Of a DNA stretch of 30,321 nt, positions 16,998 through 26,115 are shown in pieces. The notes beneath the pieces were generated by a model that worked only from the letters and a program-made list of their open reading frames with translations, was not told the DNA's origin and searched no databases. Source of the stretch: a virus (Duplodnaviria; Caudoviricetes); IMG/VR virus record IMGVR_UViG_3300036546_000076, positions 1 through 30,321 of that record; one strand, written 5' to 3'. The translations under genes and the position numbers were made by a program. Numbering within the stretch: the first letter of the stretch is position 1; each line of letters starts with the position of its first letter.

Positions 16998-18365
16998 TTA
17001 TTTTCTCCTCACCTTCTCAATTCTCGCTTTCAGACTTTCCAGTAGATCCCGCTGGGTAACGTGTTTTTCTTCAAGGGCGGCGGCAATATCTTCATCACGG
17101 CCACCTTCAACGATCAGGCGGTGAATGATTACCTTTTGCTGCTGACCCTGACGGTGCAGTCTTTTATTTGCCTGCTGGTACAATTCCAGTGACCAGTTAA
17201 GGCCGAACCAGATAATATGATTCCCGCCATCTTGAAGGTTCAGGCCGTAGGCAGTAGAAGCGGGGTGGGCAAGTAGGACATCAATTTTTCCGGCATTCCA
17301 ATCATCCTCATCCTGTGGGGTTTTAAAAACTCGAACTTCCAGGCCGCTTTTTAATAAAGCTTTGGTGATCCGATTCAGATCATGCTTGAAACTATAAAAC
17401 ACGATGGCCGGTTTGCCGTTGAGTTCTTCGATCAGTTCCAGGAACCGTTCAATCTTGGAACTGTGGATCTCATGCACCTCGTGATCCTCGTCATAGATCG
17501 CACCATTGCAAAGCTGCTGAAGCTTGTTAGAAAGAACCGCTGCACTGGTGGCATCCACGATGGTTTCAGGATCGACTTCTAAAAGCATCTTCTTTTCCAT
17601 TTCCTTGTAGGCTGTTTTTCCTTTGCCTTCCAGGATCACCGGGATATCATCCACAATTACGTCAGGAAGATCCAGATAATCCTCGGACTTCATGGAAATA
17701 CATAACCCTTGTAATTTATCTCTTATGGTGTCTTCAGCTCCTGGCTTGATGTTGTACCCAAAACCATAGGATTCATTGTCAAAATACCGGTTTCGATAGG
17801 CAGTAATGGTTTTGCCTAATCGCTCGCCCTGATCCAACAGGAATATCTGTGCCCAAAGATCAATATATCCTTTCGGGGCCGGTGTACCGGTTAACTCAAT
17901 CAGGCGGTCAATTTTAGGTCTGACACTTTTTAAAGCTTTAAACCGTTTAGCCTGGTGGCTCTTGAAACTGGACGCCTCGTCAATAACCACCATATCGAGC
18001 GGCCAGTCATTTCGGTAATAATCAACCAGCCATTGGACATTTTCCCGGTTGGTGATATAAATATCAGCGGGTAAGTTAAGGGCTCTGATTCTCTGGGTCT
18101 GGCTGCCTAACACCTGGGATATTCTCAAAAGCTGCAGGTGTTGCCATTTATCTTTTTCACGGTTCCAGGTTCCCTGGGCGACCTTCTTAGGGGCAATGAT
18201 CAGGGTCTTGTTAATTGCGAATCGGTTGTATTTCAGATCATTGATCGCTGTTAAGGTGATGGAGGTCTTGCCTAATCCCATATCCAACCACAGGGCTAGA
18301 TTTTTATTGACGATCATCTGGTTAATGCAGTATCGCTGGTAGGCGTGGGGGTTAAACTGCTTCAT
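16998..18365 (-). CDS. SNF2-family (SF2) helicase
   Basis: DMGLGKT, IDEAS, LTGTP, GLNLQ and QAN.RLHRQGQ motifs. Confidence 0.92.
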   Translation of the reverse strand: MKQFNPHAYQRYCINQMIVNKNLALWLDMGLGKTSITLTAINDLKYNRFAINKTLIIAPKKVAQGTWNREKDKWQHLQLLRISQVLGSQTQRIRALNLPADIYITNRENVQWLVDYYRNDWPLDMVVIDEASSFKSHQAKRFKALKSVRPKIDRLIELTGTPAPKGYIDLWAQIFLLDQGERLGKTITAYRNRYFDNESYGFGYNIKPGAEDTIRDKLQGLCISMKSEDYLDLPDVIVDDIPVILEGKGKTAYKEMEKKMLLEVDPETIVDATSAAVLSNKLQQLCNGAIYDEDHEVHEIHSSKIERFLELIEELNGKPAIVFYSFKHDLNRITKALLKSGLEVRVFKTPQDEDDWNAGKIDVLLAHPASTAYGLNLQDGGNHIIWFGLNWSLELYQQANKRLHRQGQQQKVIIHRLIVEGGRDEDIAAALEEKHVTQRDLLESLKARIEKVRRK

Positions 18366-18639
18366 TGTTCCAAAACTCGATCAGCCGATCAATGGTTTCT
18401 TTATTGTCGGTGACCATCACATTAAAACCCAGATCATATAATTTCTTTATTTGCAGATCCTGCAAAGCTGTAGTTTTACCGCCCGGGGCTTTCAACTCGA
18501 CAAAGAAAATCCGTCCCCCCGGAAGACACACCATTCTGTCGGGCACACCTGCATTGCCGGGACTGACAAACTTAAAAGCCTTCCCACCAATTTCTTTAAC
18601 CTTCTTTACCAGGTATTGTTCAACTTCTTTTTCTCTCAT
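18352..18639 (-). CDS. VRR-NUC domain nuclease (putative Holliday junction resolvase)
   Basis: EK.VE..L, KFVSPG..GVPDR and FVELKAP PD-(D/E)XK motifs. Confidence 0.9.
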   Translation of the reverse strand: MREKEVEQYLVKKVKEIGGKAFKFVSPGNAGVPDRMVCLPGGRIFFVELKAPGGKTTALQDLQIKKLYDLGFNVMVTDNKETIDRLIEFWNNEAV

Positions 18640-18674
18640 AAATCAAACCTTCTTTCAAAAACGATTTTGCTAAA

Positions 18675-18913
18675 CGTAACCACGTAACGCGCGTATACGC
18701 GTATTTACGTACAGGCGGTACACACACACACTGTTATCCCTAATCCCTCTATTTATTTAATTTATATAAATTAAAGTTACGTTGTTACGTTTAGTCTTTA
18801 GCCCTTTGTTTATAAGGGTTTCAGGCGTAACTTTGAAAGTTACATCAAAGTTACGTTGTTACGTCTAGGCGTAACTTAGACGTAACTTTCTACCCCTCTA
18901 GACGTAACTTTCT
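18675..18913. repeat. Putative replication origin: GTAAC/GTTAC iteron cluster with an AT-rich palindrome
   Basis: 11 copies of GTAAC/GTTAC. An 18-bp direct repeat AAAGTTACGTTGTTACGT (18773, 18847), a 15-bp repeat TAGACGTAACTTTCT (18877, 18899), a perfect 20-bp palindrome TTTAATTTATATAAATTAAA (18756-18775) and a palindrome CGCGTATACGCG (18690-18701). It lies directly downstream of the primase-helicase gene. Confidence 0.7.
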
Positions 18914-21401
18914 CCAAAACCTTCTCCTTTTCTGCAAATTTGAGGATTTTATCACTCAAACCCGCTGGATTACTGGTTTTCAAGAATCCTTTTTGTGGGC
19001 CATAGGGTTTCCCAAAACGCAAACTTGCTTTATTTTTTTCCCATCCCGGGGCATTCTCAAGGATGCCGTTTAGCTCCACGGTGTCCTGCCTTTTCATGTA
19101 CTTGGGATCCCCGCCCAGGCATTCGCACCAAATTTCTGCAGCACATACCCTGTCACGCTCCACGAGATCTTTTTCATTAACGTTGTGCTCACTTGCCCAA
19201 AACATTCTACGCTCATTAAGGTTTCTTTTCTCCCAGTTAGTGGGTATTTTCTTTTCTAGAAATTCCAGGACAATACCTTCTTTTCCACTGACTTCACGGT
19301 GTCCTTCCTGGATCTCTTTCGCCATCGCTTCCACGTCTCCGGACAAGAACAGTTTTTCGCCTAATTGCCACGCAACATAAGCCTCAGCCCATATCTGGCC
19401 TACTTCAACTTTTAAGGTAGAGAATATATCTTTTGTCGGTTCCACGATGCCAACATCAACCGGCCAGAATCGCCGGTTCCCGGTTCGATCTCTTAAATAT
19501 TCATTATCATTGGTTGTCCCAAAGAACACACAGCGCCTTGGGTAAACCCCGGTTCGCCGGCCATATGGTTCCCGGTAAATGTCCTCAGTACGGCTGAGAA
19601 ACTGCTTAACCGCATTATTTTCTGACCGGGAAAGCCCAGTTAATTCACCTAACTCGTTAATCCAGACCCCCTGGATCATCTCGCTGGCTTCTTTGCCTTC
19701 AAAGGTTTGTAAGCTGTCTGAATACCATTTGTGGCCCAGTAGTCTTAAAAAGGTGCTCTTGCCAATCCCCTGGGGTCCGCCCAGTATTGGCATGTAATCA
19801 TATTTGGTACCCGGGATCATGGCTCTGGCCACGGCTGCCGCTAAACTCTTTCTTGCCACCGCCCGGGTGTAAATATTGTCCTCAGCGCCCAGATAATCCG
19901 TAAAAATAGTATCGAGACGTTTTGTGCCATCCCAGGTCAAACCGGTCAGGTAGTCTTTCACGTCATTAAATTTATGTCGTTGTGAGCAGATTGTCATGGC
20001 AGCATAAAGCCGCTTGTCGGATAACTGGATCTTATAAACATGTTCCAGATAGTGGAGCAATCCGGCATCATCCGGGTCACTCCATGCCCGGCGTTCGTCC
20101 CGGACATCCCAGGGTAGGGATCCCATGGCTAAACCACGGTTTGCGAACTCATCAAAAGCCAGTTTGCCTTTAAGCCGGGGGTCGTTTTCCAGGATGATCA
20201 GCACGTTGTCAATTGTTTTAGTTGGTAAACCTGTTGTCGGTGCCACTTCCATTTGGTTGATCCAGTCCAGGTTCTCTGGTTCTGGTATAGCAGCACCGGT
20301 GGCAGGCCCCTCGATATTTATTTTCGAAAATTCCTCTGTTGCCTGTTCATATCGTTCCTGATTCATCAGCCCGGTTACCGCTTGATCGGCGACCGCAAAT
20401 TGACACATCGCTGTAAAACTTGGTAACCGGTTCGCCGGTGTTCCTGACACGACATTATCATCCTGATCGCCAAACTTATGCAGCCTCACCAGGTCAAACG
20501 CATTAACCAGCTTCCCGCTGCAGGGATCCGTCGCATGGTGGGAGTATAAGAAAAGCCCATCCTCATAGACAACAGCGCCCCCGGTCGTGGAACCTCCGGT
20601 AAAGGTCAACCGGTTATCAGCGGTATCACAGGTGGCGTATTCCCCAGGTATGAACGTCTCAATTGCTTTATAGATGTCATAGGTCTTACAGAAAGCGCCC
20701 ACAACACCTTTTTTAGTGGTCGGGTCTTCCTGTTTCTTTAACAGTCGTTCATGCGCCTGATCCGTCCCTGGCACCACTGGCCACTCAGAAACATTTCTCC
20801 AATCGGCGTACATTCCCAGCATACCGTCTGTGTTAATTAACGGGTTATCCCAGACATGGAACACATATTGACTGTCAGAACAACACGACGGCCAGTACAT
20901 TAACCGCATTGGCTGAAAGGTCGTCGGATCACAGAACTCAATGCCTAAAATACTGGCAAGCTTCCTGGCTATCGGCTCATATTCATCAGCGGTGGCCGTT
21001 CGTGATAAAGGTGCCACGATTCGTAATCTTGGTTTAATGGCCTCATGTTTCCGGGTCGAATAGACCGCACAGGCAAAGCCCATGGACCCGATCCGTTGTA
21101 AGATGCCGGTGGTACCTTCAGAGGGGATATTATCCATATCCAGCGTGATCAGATCTCGCCCGACAACGTGACCGGCCTTTCTGACATTGCCTTCCAGGGT
21201 TCCCCCCACAAAGCCCCCGACATCCTTCAGATCATCCTGGATGCCTTTGTTATAATTAAGATATTGCTGTAGCGTTTCCGCACTTCTAACAGGCGTTTTC
21301 AGCCGGTCAACGAATTCAGACCACATGAGTGTCTGTGGTGGCCAGGAGGTGGCTTTTCGGCTGCCTGCTGCGGAGATTGTTAGTTGTTTATCGTTGTTCA
21401 A
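18876..21401 (-). CDS. VirE/VapE-family primase-helicase
   Basis: 841 aa. The N-terminal primase-like region has KDVGGFVGG, TLDMD, YSTRKH...PRLR and YSHHATDP; the C-terminal P-loop domain has GPQGIGKST, ELGEL and GTTN...L.D.TGNRRFWPV. Confidence 0.9.
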   Translation of the reverse strand: MNNDKQLTISAAGSRKATSWPPQTLMWSEFVDRLKTPVRSAETLQQYLNYNKGIQDDLKDVGGFVGGTLEGNVRKAGHVVGRDLITLDMDNIPSEGTTGILQRIGSMGFACAVYSTRKHEAIKPRLRIVAPLSRTATADEYEPIARKLASILGIEFCDPTTFQPMRLMYWPSCCSDSQYVFHVWDNPLINTDGMLGMYADWRNVSEWPVVPGTDQAHERLLKKQEDPTTKKGVVGAFCKTYDIYKAIETFIPGEYATCDTADNRLTFTGGSTTGGAVVYEDGLFLYSHHATDPCSGKLVNAFDLVRLHKFGDQDDNVVSGTPANRLPSFTAMCQFAVADQAVTGLMNQERYEQATEEFSKINIEGPATGAAIPEPENLDWINQMEVAPTTGLPTKTIDNVLIILENDPRLKGKLAFDEFANRGLAMGSLPWDVRDERRAWSDPDDAGLLHYLEHVYKIQLSDKRLYAAMTICSQRHKFNDVKDYLTGLTWDGTKRLDTIFTDYLGAEDNIYTRAVARKSLAAAVARAMIPGTKYDYMPILGGPQGIGKSTFLRLLGHKWYSDSLQTFEGKEASEMIQGVWINELGELTGLSRSENNAVKQFLSRTEDIYREPYGRRTGVYPRRCVFFGTTNDNEYLRDRTGNRRFWPVDVGIVEPTKDIFSTLKVEVGQIWAEAYVAWQLGEKLFLSGDVEAMAKEIQEGHREVSGKEGIVLEFLEKKIPTNWEKRNLNERRMFWASEHNVNEKDLVERDRVCAAEIWCECLGGDPKYMKRQDTVELNGILENAPGWEKNKASLRFGKPYGPQKGFLKTSNPAGLSDKILKFAEKEKVLEKVTSRGVESYV

Positions 21402-21433
21402 TAGATAGCCCTCCTAGTCTTTTATGTGGTCAA

Positions 21434-21601
21434 TCATAACAATTCCGTATTTTCATATAAATTGCAGTGGATACAGTCATTTTCTGCGAATACCTGCGGG
21501 TGTTTAGCCCCTGTACAGAGAGGATAATTTTCATTGTTCGATGTATAACAATCGGGTTTTCTTCTTTTTTTATTCCTTAACTGTTTAAAAAGTTCTATCA
21601 T
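21434..21601 (-). CDS. Small Cys-rich hypothetical protein (55 aa)
   Basis: ATG at 21601 follows a GAAAGGGG SD (the longer track ORF overlaps the polymerase gene): MIELFKQLRNKKRRKPDC...PLC...DCIHCNLY. Confidence 0.6.
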   Translation of the reverse strand: MIELFKQLRNKKRRKPDCYTSNNENYPLCTGAKHPQVFAENDCIHCNLYENTELL

Positions 21602-21614
21602 TTTTAACCCCTTT

Positions 21615-23600
21615 CTAGTCTTTTTTATAATAGTTGGTAATATAACCTTCAGCATTGAGCAAAAGCCCGGTTGCCCATTCAATGGGGGCGCCCATGATCA
21701 TGTTGATCCGTTCCAGATCCGCTTGTTCAACCGGGCAATCGATAATGACCTCATCGTGGATGGACATCACCACCTCATAGCCTTCACTGGCCAGCCGATC
21801 AATGGCCACAGCCAAACAGTCCCGGGCGATTGCCTGGACAATGTTTTCCACCAGCTTCCCACCGTATGTTTGGAGATTAACCCACTTCTTTGTTGTCTGG
21901 TCCATACCCTGATAAAACAAGGCATCCCGATCCCATTGGTTAGGAGCAAGAAAAGGCTTGACATAAAACAGCTTTCGCCCGCTGGGTAATCGAATTGTTA
22001 AAAAGTCCTGACCATTTTCAAAGTCACCTTCCCGGGCAAAGATAACACCGTTTACCCCGGTTGCCTGTCCTGTCTGCATCGTATCAATGGCAGCACCGCC
22101 GATCTTGTACCAGAGGTCAACAATTCGTTTGTTAGATTGTCGCCAACGGGTAACGATATCCGGTAATTCATCCTCGGTGAGTCCCATATTGAGGGCGCCC
22201 ATGGTGATCAGTGCACCGGTTGATCCTTGGTATCCCAGGGCTAATTCTGCGATCTTGCCTTTTTGCCTGAGTGCATATTCGGGGTTACCTTTTTTAATCT
22301 TTTCAAGCGGAACCCCAAACATGGCGCTGGCTGAAGCTTCATAGATCTTGCCATGAGTGGCAAACACTTCCTGTCGCCATTGTTCGCCGGCCAACCAGGC
22401 AATGACCCTGGCTTCAATGGCGCTGAAATCCGAAACAACAAACGTTCGTCCTTCAGATGGAATAAAAGCCGTCCGGATCAGCTGGCTTAAGGTGTCCGGG
22501 ATATTTCCGTAAACAATTTTTAGAGCATCAATATTTTTGCCAATAACGCAATCCCGGGCATGATCCAGAGTATCCAGATAATTACGGGGGAGGTTCTGCA
22601 TTTGCACAAAGCGTCCCGCCCATCGCCCGGTCCGGTTCGCTCCATAGAACTGTAAAAGTCCTCGAATCCGGCCGTCATGACCAACGGTGTTGACCATTGC
22701 CTGATATTTCTTCACACTGGTTTTTGCGCTTTCCTGCCGAATTTCTAATACTCGTTTAGGGTCTCCGGAGGTAGTAGTAAGGAGCTCAGCCACGGTTGCT
22801 TTTTGGAGGTTATCCACGGTTACACCCTGAGCATTTAGCCAATCGCCTAACTGAGCGGCGCTGTTTGGGTTTGCAAGTCCGGTAATTTTAACTGCTTCAT
22901 TTTTAAGTTCATCCATAACCACATCATTACAATAGATGGCGCTGTCTATGAGATCGGTGTTAACCCGGATACCCCGGGCGTTCATCTGTTGATCCAGCCG
23001 CCAATAATGTTGCTCTAAATCAGGTACAGGGAAGCTTGATAAGCGCTTTTCAAGTTCCATCTCCACGACAACATCCTGTTTACAATAATCACTAAAAAGA
23101 GACCATCGATCCGGGTCATGGTGGGGAAGGTTACGGGTTCTATTACCGTTGGTTCTTGATGGTTTACATGGGACACAGAAATATTTAATCAGTGCTTTTC
23201 CCGCGGTGTCTTTCTGTTTGTCCTGGGATAGCCCTAAAGCTTTAGCTGATGCTCCCAGTCCTGCAGGGTAGCCACAATACAAACCGTGGAACATGGTACA
23301 TTCCCATTGTTGTAGCCAACTGATAGGATTTTCAACTTCAAAATATTTAGACAGGCAATACCACTCAAAAGCTGCATTGTAAGCGTGCTTTATAATTCTA
23401 GGATCGTTTAGAGCAATTTCAACTTCCACCGGAATTTCTTCATTTTGTGCCAGGTCAATAATTTCAACCGGGCTACCATTAAAGGAGTAAGCAAAAAGCA
23501 AAACTTGAAAATTAGGGGACTGCACATATTTGTACAGTCCCGACTTGGTAATATCTACATCGCTGTAGGTTTCAATATCAATATTTAAATAATGCCTCAT
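21615..23600 (-). CDS. Phage DNA polymerase, family A, with 3'-5' exonuclease
   Basis: Exo motifs DIETY, AYNAAFE and YCKQDV. Polymerase motifs RTGRWAG, DFSAIEARV (A), RQKGKIAELALGY (B) and IHDE (C). Confidence 0.95.
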   Translation of the reverse strand: MRHYLNIDIETYSDVDITKSGLYKYVQSPNFQVLLFAYSFNGSPVEIIDLAQNEEIPVEVEIALNDPRIIKHAYNAAFEWYCLSKYFEVENPISWLQQWECTMFHGLYCGYPAGLGASAKALGLSQDKQKDTAGKALIKYFCVPCKPSRTNGNRTRNLPHHDPDRWSLFSDYCKQDVVVEMELEKRLSSFPVPDLEQHYWRLDQQMNARGIRVNTDLIDSAIYCNDVVMDELKNEAVKITGLANPNSAAQLGDWLNAQGVTVDNLQKATVAELLTTTSGDPKRVLEIRQESAKTSVKKYQAMVNTVGHDGRIRGLLQFYGANRTGRWAGRFVQMQNLPRNYLDTLDHARDCVIGKNIDALKIVYGNIPDTLSQLIRTAFIPSEGRTFVVSDFSAIEARVIAWLAGEQWRQEVFATHGKIYEASASAMFGVPLEKIKKGNPEYALRQKGKIAELALGYQGSTGALITMGALNMGLTEDELPDIVTRWRQSNKRIVDLWYKIGGAAIDTMQTGQATGVNGVIFAREGDFENGQDFLTIRLPSGRKLFYVKPFLAPNQWDRDALFYQGMDQTTKKWVNLQTYGGKLVENIVQAIARDCLAVAIDRLASEGYEVVMSIHDEVIIDCPVEQADLERINMIMGAPIEWATGLLLNAEGYITNYYKKD

Positions 23601-24403
23601 ATCCCATACACGCCCCCAATAGGAAGGCCGGTAATTGGATCAAATTGCTGAGGTGCTTGTTGTATAGGTTGAGGCGGTGCCTGGTATCCTTGTTGTGCCG
23701 GTGGGGCTTGATAGGTCTGTGGTTGCTGTTGATAAGCGGGTGGTGCCTGTTGGTAACCTTGTTGTGCCGGTGGTGCTTGGTAACCTTGCTGCACTGGTGG
23801 GGCCTGGTAAGTTTGAGGTGGTTGTCCGCCTAATTGATTGGGCCATTGGCTATCTTGCTGGGGTTGTGTTGCCCCTGCAAAGTCATTGGCTGCGGTTGTT
23901 CGTCCTCCCAATGGCTCGCCATCAGCTACCTTAGCGACGTTATTAAGCCCAATCCCAATACCTTTATTCCCGCTGGCTGCATAAGGGAAGAAATTAAGCG
24001 ATACCAGGGCATAAATGCCAGAGTAGATCTGCGACTCATTTATGATTCGTTCAAGCCCTGGATAATTAACCACTTCGGGGGCGTTCTTACTGGATGCCGT
24101 AAAGACCCAATGCCCTTTACACTCCGGGCCAAATGCTTCACCATTAGGTCGTACCCCGTCACCATCGTGGATTGACAAATTAATTTTAGGTGGTCGAACA
24201 CCGTTCCAGCTTTTGGAGATTCCCAGTTCAACCGCTGCATTAATGGCAGCGTCAATGTTTGCTTTCGTTGCTATATCGGTTTTGGGTAAAAGCATGGTGG
24301 TTGAATACTTTGGTTCTTGACCAGGTTGATTTGAATACGGTTGGAATAAATGAGGAAATGTCAATCTTACCTGTCCGGTTACTACTTGTGTTGGTTGTTT
24401 CAT
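23597..24403 (-). CDS. DUF2815-family ssDNA-binding protein (T7 gp2.5-like) with a Q/P/Y-rich C-terminal tail
   Basis: VRL.FPHLF.P, KYS, DGD, YSG.Y, GNKGIG.GLNNV.K..DGEPLGG motifs, followed by a ~90-aa low-complexity tail. Confidence 0.88.
   Translation of the reverse strand: MKQPTQVVTGQVRLTFPHLFQPYSNQPGQEPKYSTTMLLPKTDIATKANIDAAINAAVELGISKSWNGVRPPKINLSIHDGDGVRPNGEAFGPECKGHWVFTASSKNAPEVVNYPGLERIINESQIYSGIYALVSLNFFPYAASGNKGIGIGLNNVAKVADGEPLGGRTTAANDFAGATQPQQDSQWPNQLGGQPPQTYQAPPVQQGYQAPPAQQGYQQAPPAYQQQPQTYQAPPAQQGYQAPPQPIQQAPQQFDPITGLPIGGVYGI
23645..23830. repeat. Coding tandem repeats (YQAPPAQQG-like units) in the SSB tail
   Basis: Repeated CCTTGTTGTGCCGGTGG-type units encoding TYQAPPVQQG/YQAPPAQQG. 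Confidence 0.8.
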
Positions 24404-24427
24404 AATGTTATATCTCCTTAAGATTTT

Positions 24428-25585
24428 TTAGATTTGAATGTTTGCAAAGTCTGCGTTTGCATCATTTTTCAGGGTTAAAGGTTCTCGCTTATCGGTTGCT
24501 TTTGCCAGTGCCGGCTTTCCGGGCGGCTTTGTGATAAACTCAGATAAAGCGATGTTAAACTCTTTCTTGCCTAAAAGAGTCTCTGTTTCTGTCAGTGTGA
24601 TCGGCTTTCTTATATAGAGGACTTCTTCCTTTGCCAGACCTTTTGCTGTCAACTCTTTAAAGGCAGCATCGGTATCCGTAAAGCATCGATTTGAACGGCC
24701 TTCCACTGCTTTCCATCCAGGAACAGTCTCACCGGCCAAACACTTTTTTAAGGCCTGTTCTTCAAGATCTTTTGCCCATTTTGCCAGATCCTGGGCTTTT
24801 AATAACAGTTCTCCAACTTCTTCATTACTCAGCACCGGGGGTAATTTCCCCTTAAAATCTTCAAGTGCTGTATTGGTTACGCTTCGGGCTCTACACACCG
24901 CTTTAGCCCGGCAGAATCGGCAATGGTCACCAGGGGTAAACTCGCCCTCGCCTTTAAATGCTTGCTGGGCTAAAGGTTTTACAAAAGCATTTCCCCAGTT
25001 TAATAAAGTTTCAGCTTCCATTGCATCCACGGAAATATTATCCAGTCTCGGTTGGAAGATCACCATTTCGACCTTATTGATCGCATAAATGAAGTCATAT
25101 TCCTTTAAGGCCCCCAGCGCATATAAGCGCATCTGAGGGTTTTTCTCAGCCGATACCGGTACCCCTTTACCATATTTCAGGTCAATAATATGAAGGGTAT
25201 CACCGCTGATCAAAATACAGTCAGCCGTTCCAAACCCTTCAGGTGCATAAGAAGAAAAGTCCACTTTTTTCTCGATTGTTATGGTCGGTTGAGAAGGGTA
25301 TTTCAAAGCGGTATCTTTAATATAGTCCAGGTATTCGTCTGTATAATCCTCCATTTCTTTGTTGTAGAGCGGATCAGCTTTGATCTTGTTGTGCCGTTTG
25401 GTGAATGCCGCTTTGGTCATTGGGGTAAAATACTTTTGAAGCTTTAACTCGCCCAAGGCATGGGCCAGCGTTCCTTCGGCGGCGGCTTCACTGGTTGAGT
25501 CCGGGAATTGTTCCTCAAGCCGGGCGCTGGGTGGACAATTAAGCCACCGTGACGCCCCGCTTGCATTGAGTAAAGCATGACTCAT
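24428..25585 (-). CDS. DUF2800-family PD-(D/E)XK (Cas4/RecB-like) exonuclease
   Basis: HALL.AS.A.RWL.CPPS, EGT.AH, GTAD...IIDLKYG.G, NPQM.LYALG and HC.FC.A...C motifs. Confidence 0.9.
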   Translation of the reverse strand: MSHALLNASGASRWLNCPPSARLEEQFPDSTSEAAAEGTLAHALGELKLQKYFTPMTKAAFTKRHNKIKADPLYNKEMEDYTDEYLDYIKDTALKYPSQPTITIEKKVDFSSYAPEGFGTADCILISGDTLHIIDLKYGKGVPVSAEKNPQMRLYALGALKEYDFIYAINKVEMVIFQPRLDNISVDAMEAETLLNWGNAFVKPLAQQAFKGEGEFTPGDHCRFCRAKAVCRARSVTNTALEDFKGKLPPVLSNEEVGELLLKAQDLAKWAKDLEEQALKKCLAGETVPGWKAVEGRSNRCFTDTDAAFKELTAKGLAKEEVLYIRKPITLTETETLLGKKEFNIALSEFITKPPGKPALAKATDKREPLTLKNDANADFANIQI

Positions 25586-26115
25586 AATTTCGCCCCCATT
25601 TGTCGCAATTCGTTGGCAAAAGCTCCGTACATTTCTTTAGGCAGCTGCATCAGGGAAGGCGCATTGAAGCGGTTCAAAAGCGCTCGGACAGCGTCCATTT
25701 TACCGGCATCCACTAAAGAGGTCATCGCCACCGCCAACTGTTCGTTGGTGTAATTCACGTCCGCTGTGGGAACATCCATACCTACAGGAGGTGTTTGAAC
25801 CGGCTGCTGCACTGGCTGCTGCACTGGTTGCTGTATTGGCTGCTGAATCGGTTGCTGCATTGGTTGCTGCATTGGTTGCTGTACTGGCTGATCCACAGGA
25901 ACTGTTATCAGCGGAGCTGTCTGTTGTGGGGCTTGATAGATTGGAGGTGGCGCCATCTGCTGAATTGGTGGTGCTTGATATGTTTGTTGCAGCTGAATTG
26001 CTTCCCCAACTTGTTGAGGCATCTCAAAAACTGCTTCGCCTTGTTTCATCACCAACCCCTGCAATGCTGCCACCAAACCGTCTAAACCTTTAACATTTAC
26101 TGTAATTTCTAACAT
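25582..26115 (-). CDS. Hypothetical replication-module protein with a Q/P-rich linker and a C-terminal helical domain
   Basis: 177 aa with a short N-terminal ITV.V.GL..L..AL segment, QQP(V/M/I) repeats and a C-terminal GK...VR.LL..F....L..L..E.Y domain. Such genes usually precede DUF2800. Confidence 0.75.
   Translation of the reverse strand: MLEITVNVKGLDGLVAALQGLVMKQGEAVFEMPQQVGEAIQLQQTYQAPPIQQMAPPPIYQAPQQTAPLITVPVDQPVQQPMQQPMQQPIQQPIQQPVQQPVQQPVQTPPVGMDVPTADVNYTNEQLAVAMTSLVDAGKMDAVRALLNRFNAPSLMQLPKEMYGAFANELRQMGAKL
25798..25890. repeat. 12-bp coding tandem repeat (QQP[V/I/M]), about 8 copies
   Basis: Successive (C/T)GG(C/T)TGCTG(C/T/A)A(C/T) units. Confidence 0.85.

Noticed and set aside
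18720-18731. (CA)n microsatellite as a phase-variation switch
   Set aside because: It has only about 6 units, is non-coding and is not within a recognisable promoter spacer. It is better treated as part of the origin region.
18876-21401. Virulence factor, as the 'virulence-associated E' family name suggests
   Set aside because: Motifs and context show a phage primase-helicase. The family name is historical.
16430-23600. Z-genome (2-aminoadenine) system suggested by PolA plus a dATP/dGTP hydrolase
   Set aside because: There is no PurZ-like adenylosuccinate synthetase homologue in the window, and both genes are common without it.
24428-25585. Cas4 of a CRISPR system
   Set aside because: It is the DUF2800 Cas4-like exonuclease routinely found with DUF2815 and PolA in phage replication modules. 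No cas genes or array are present.
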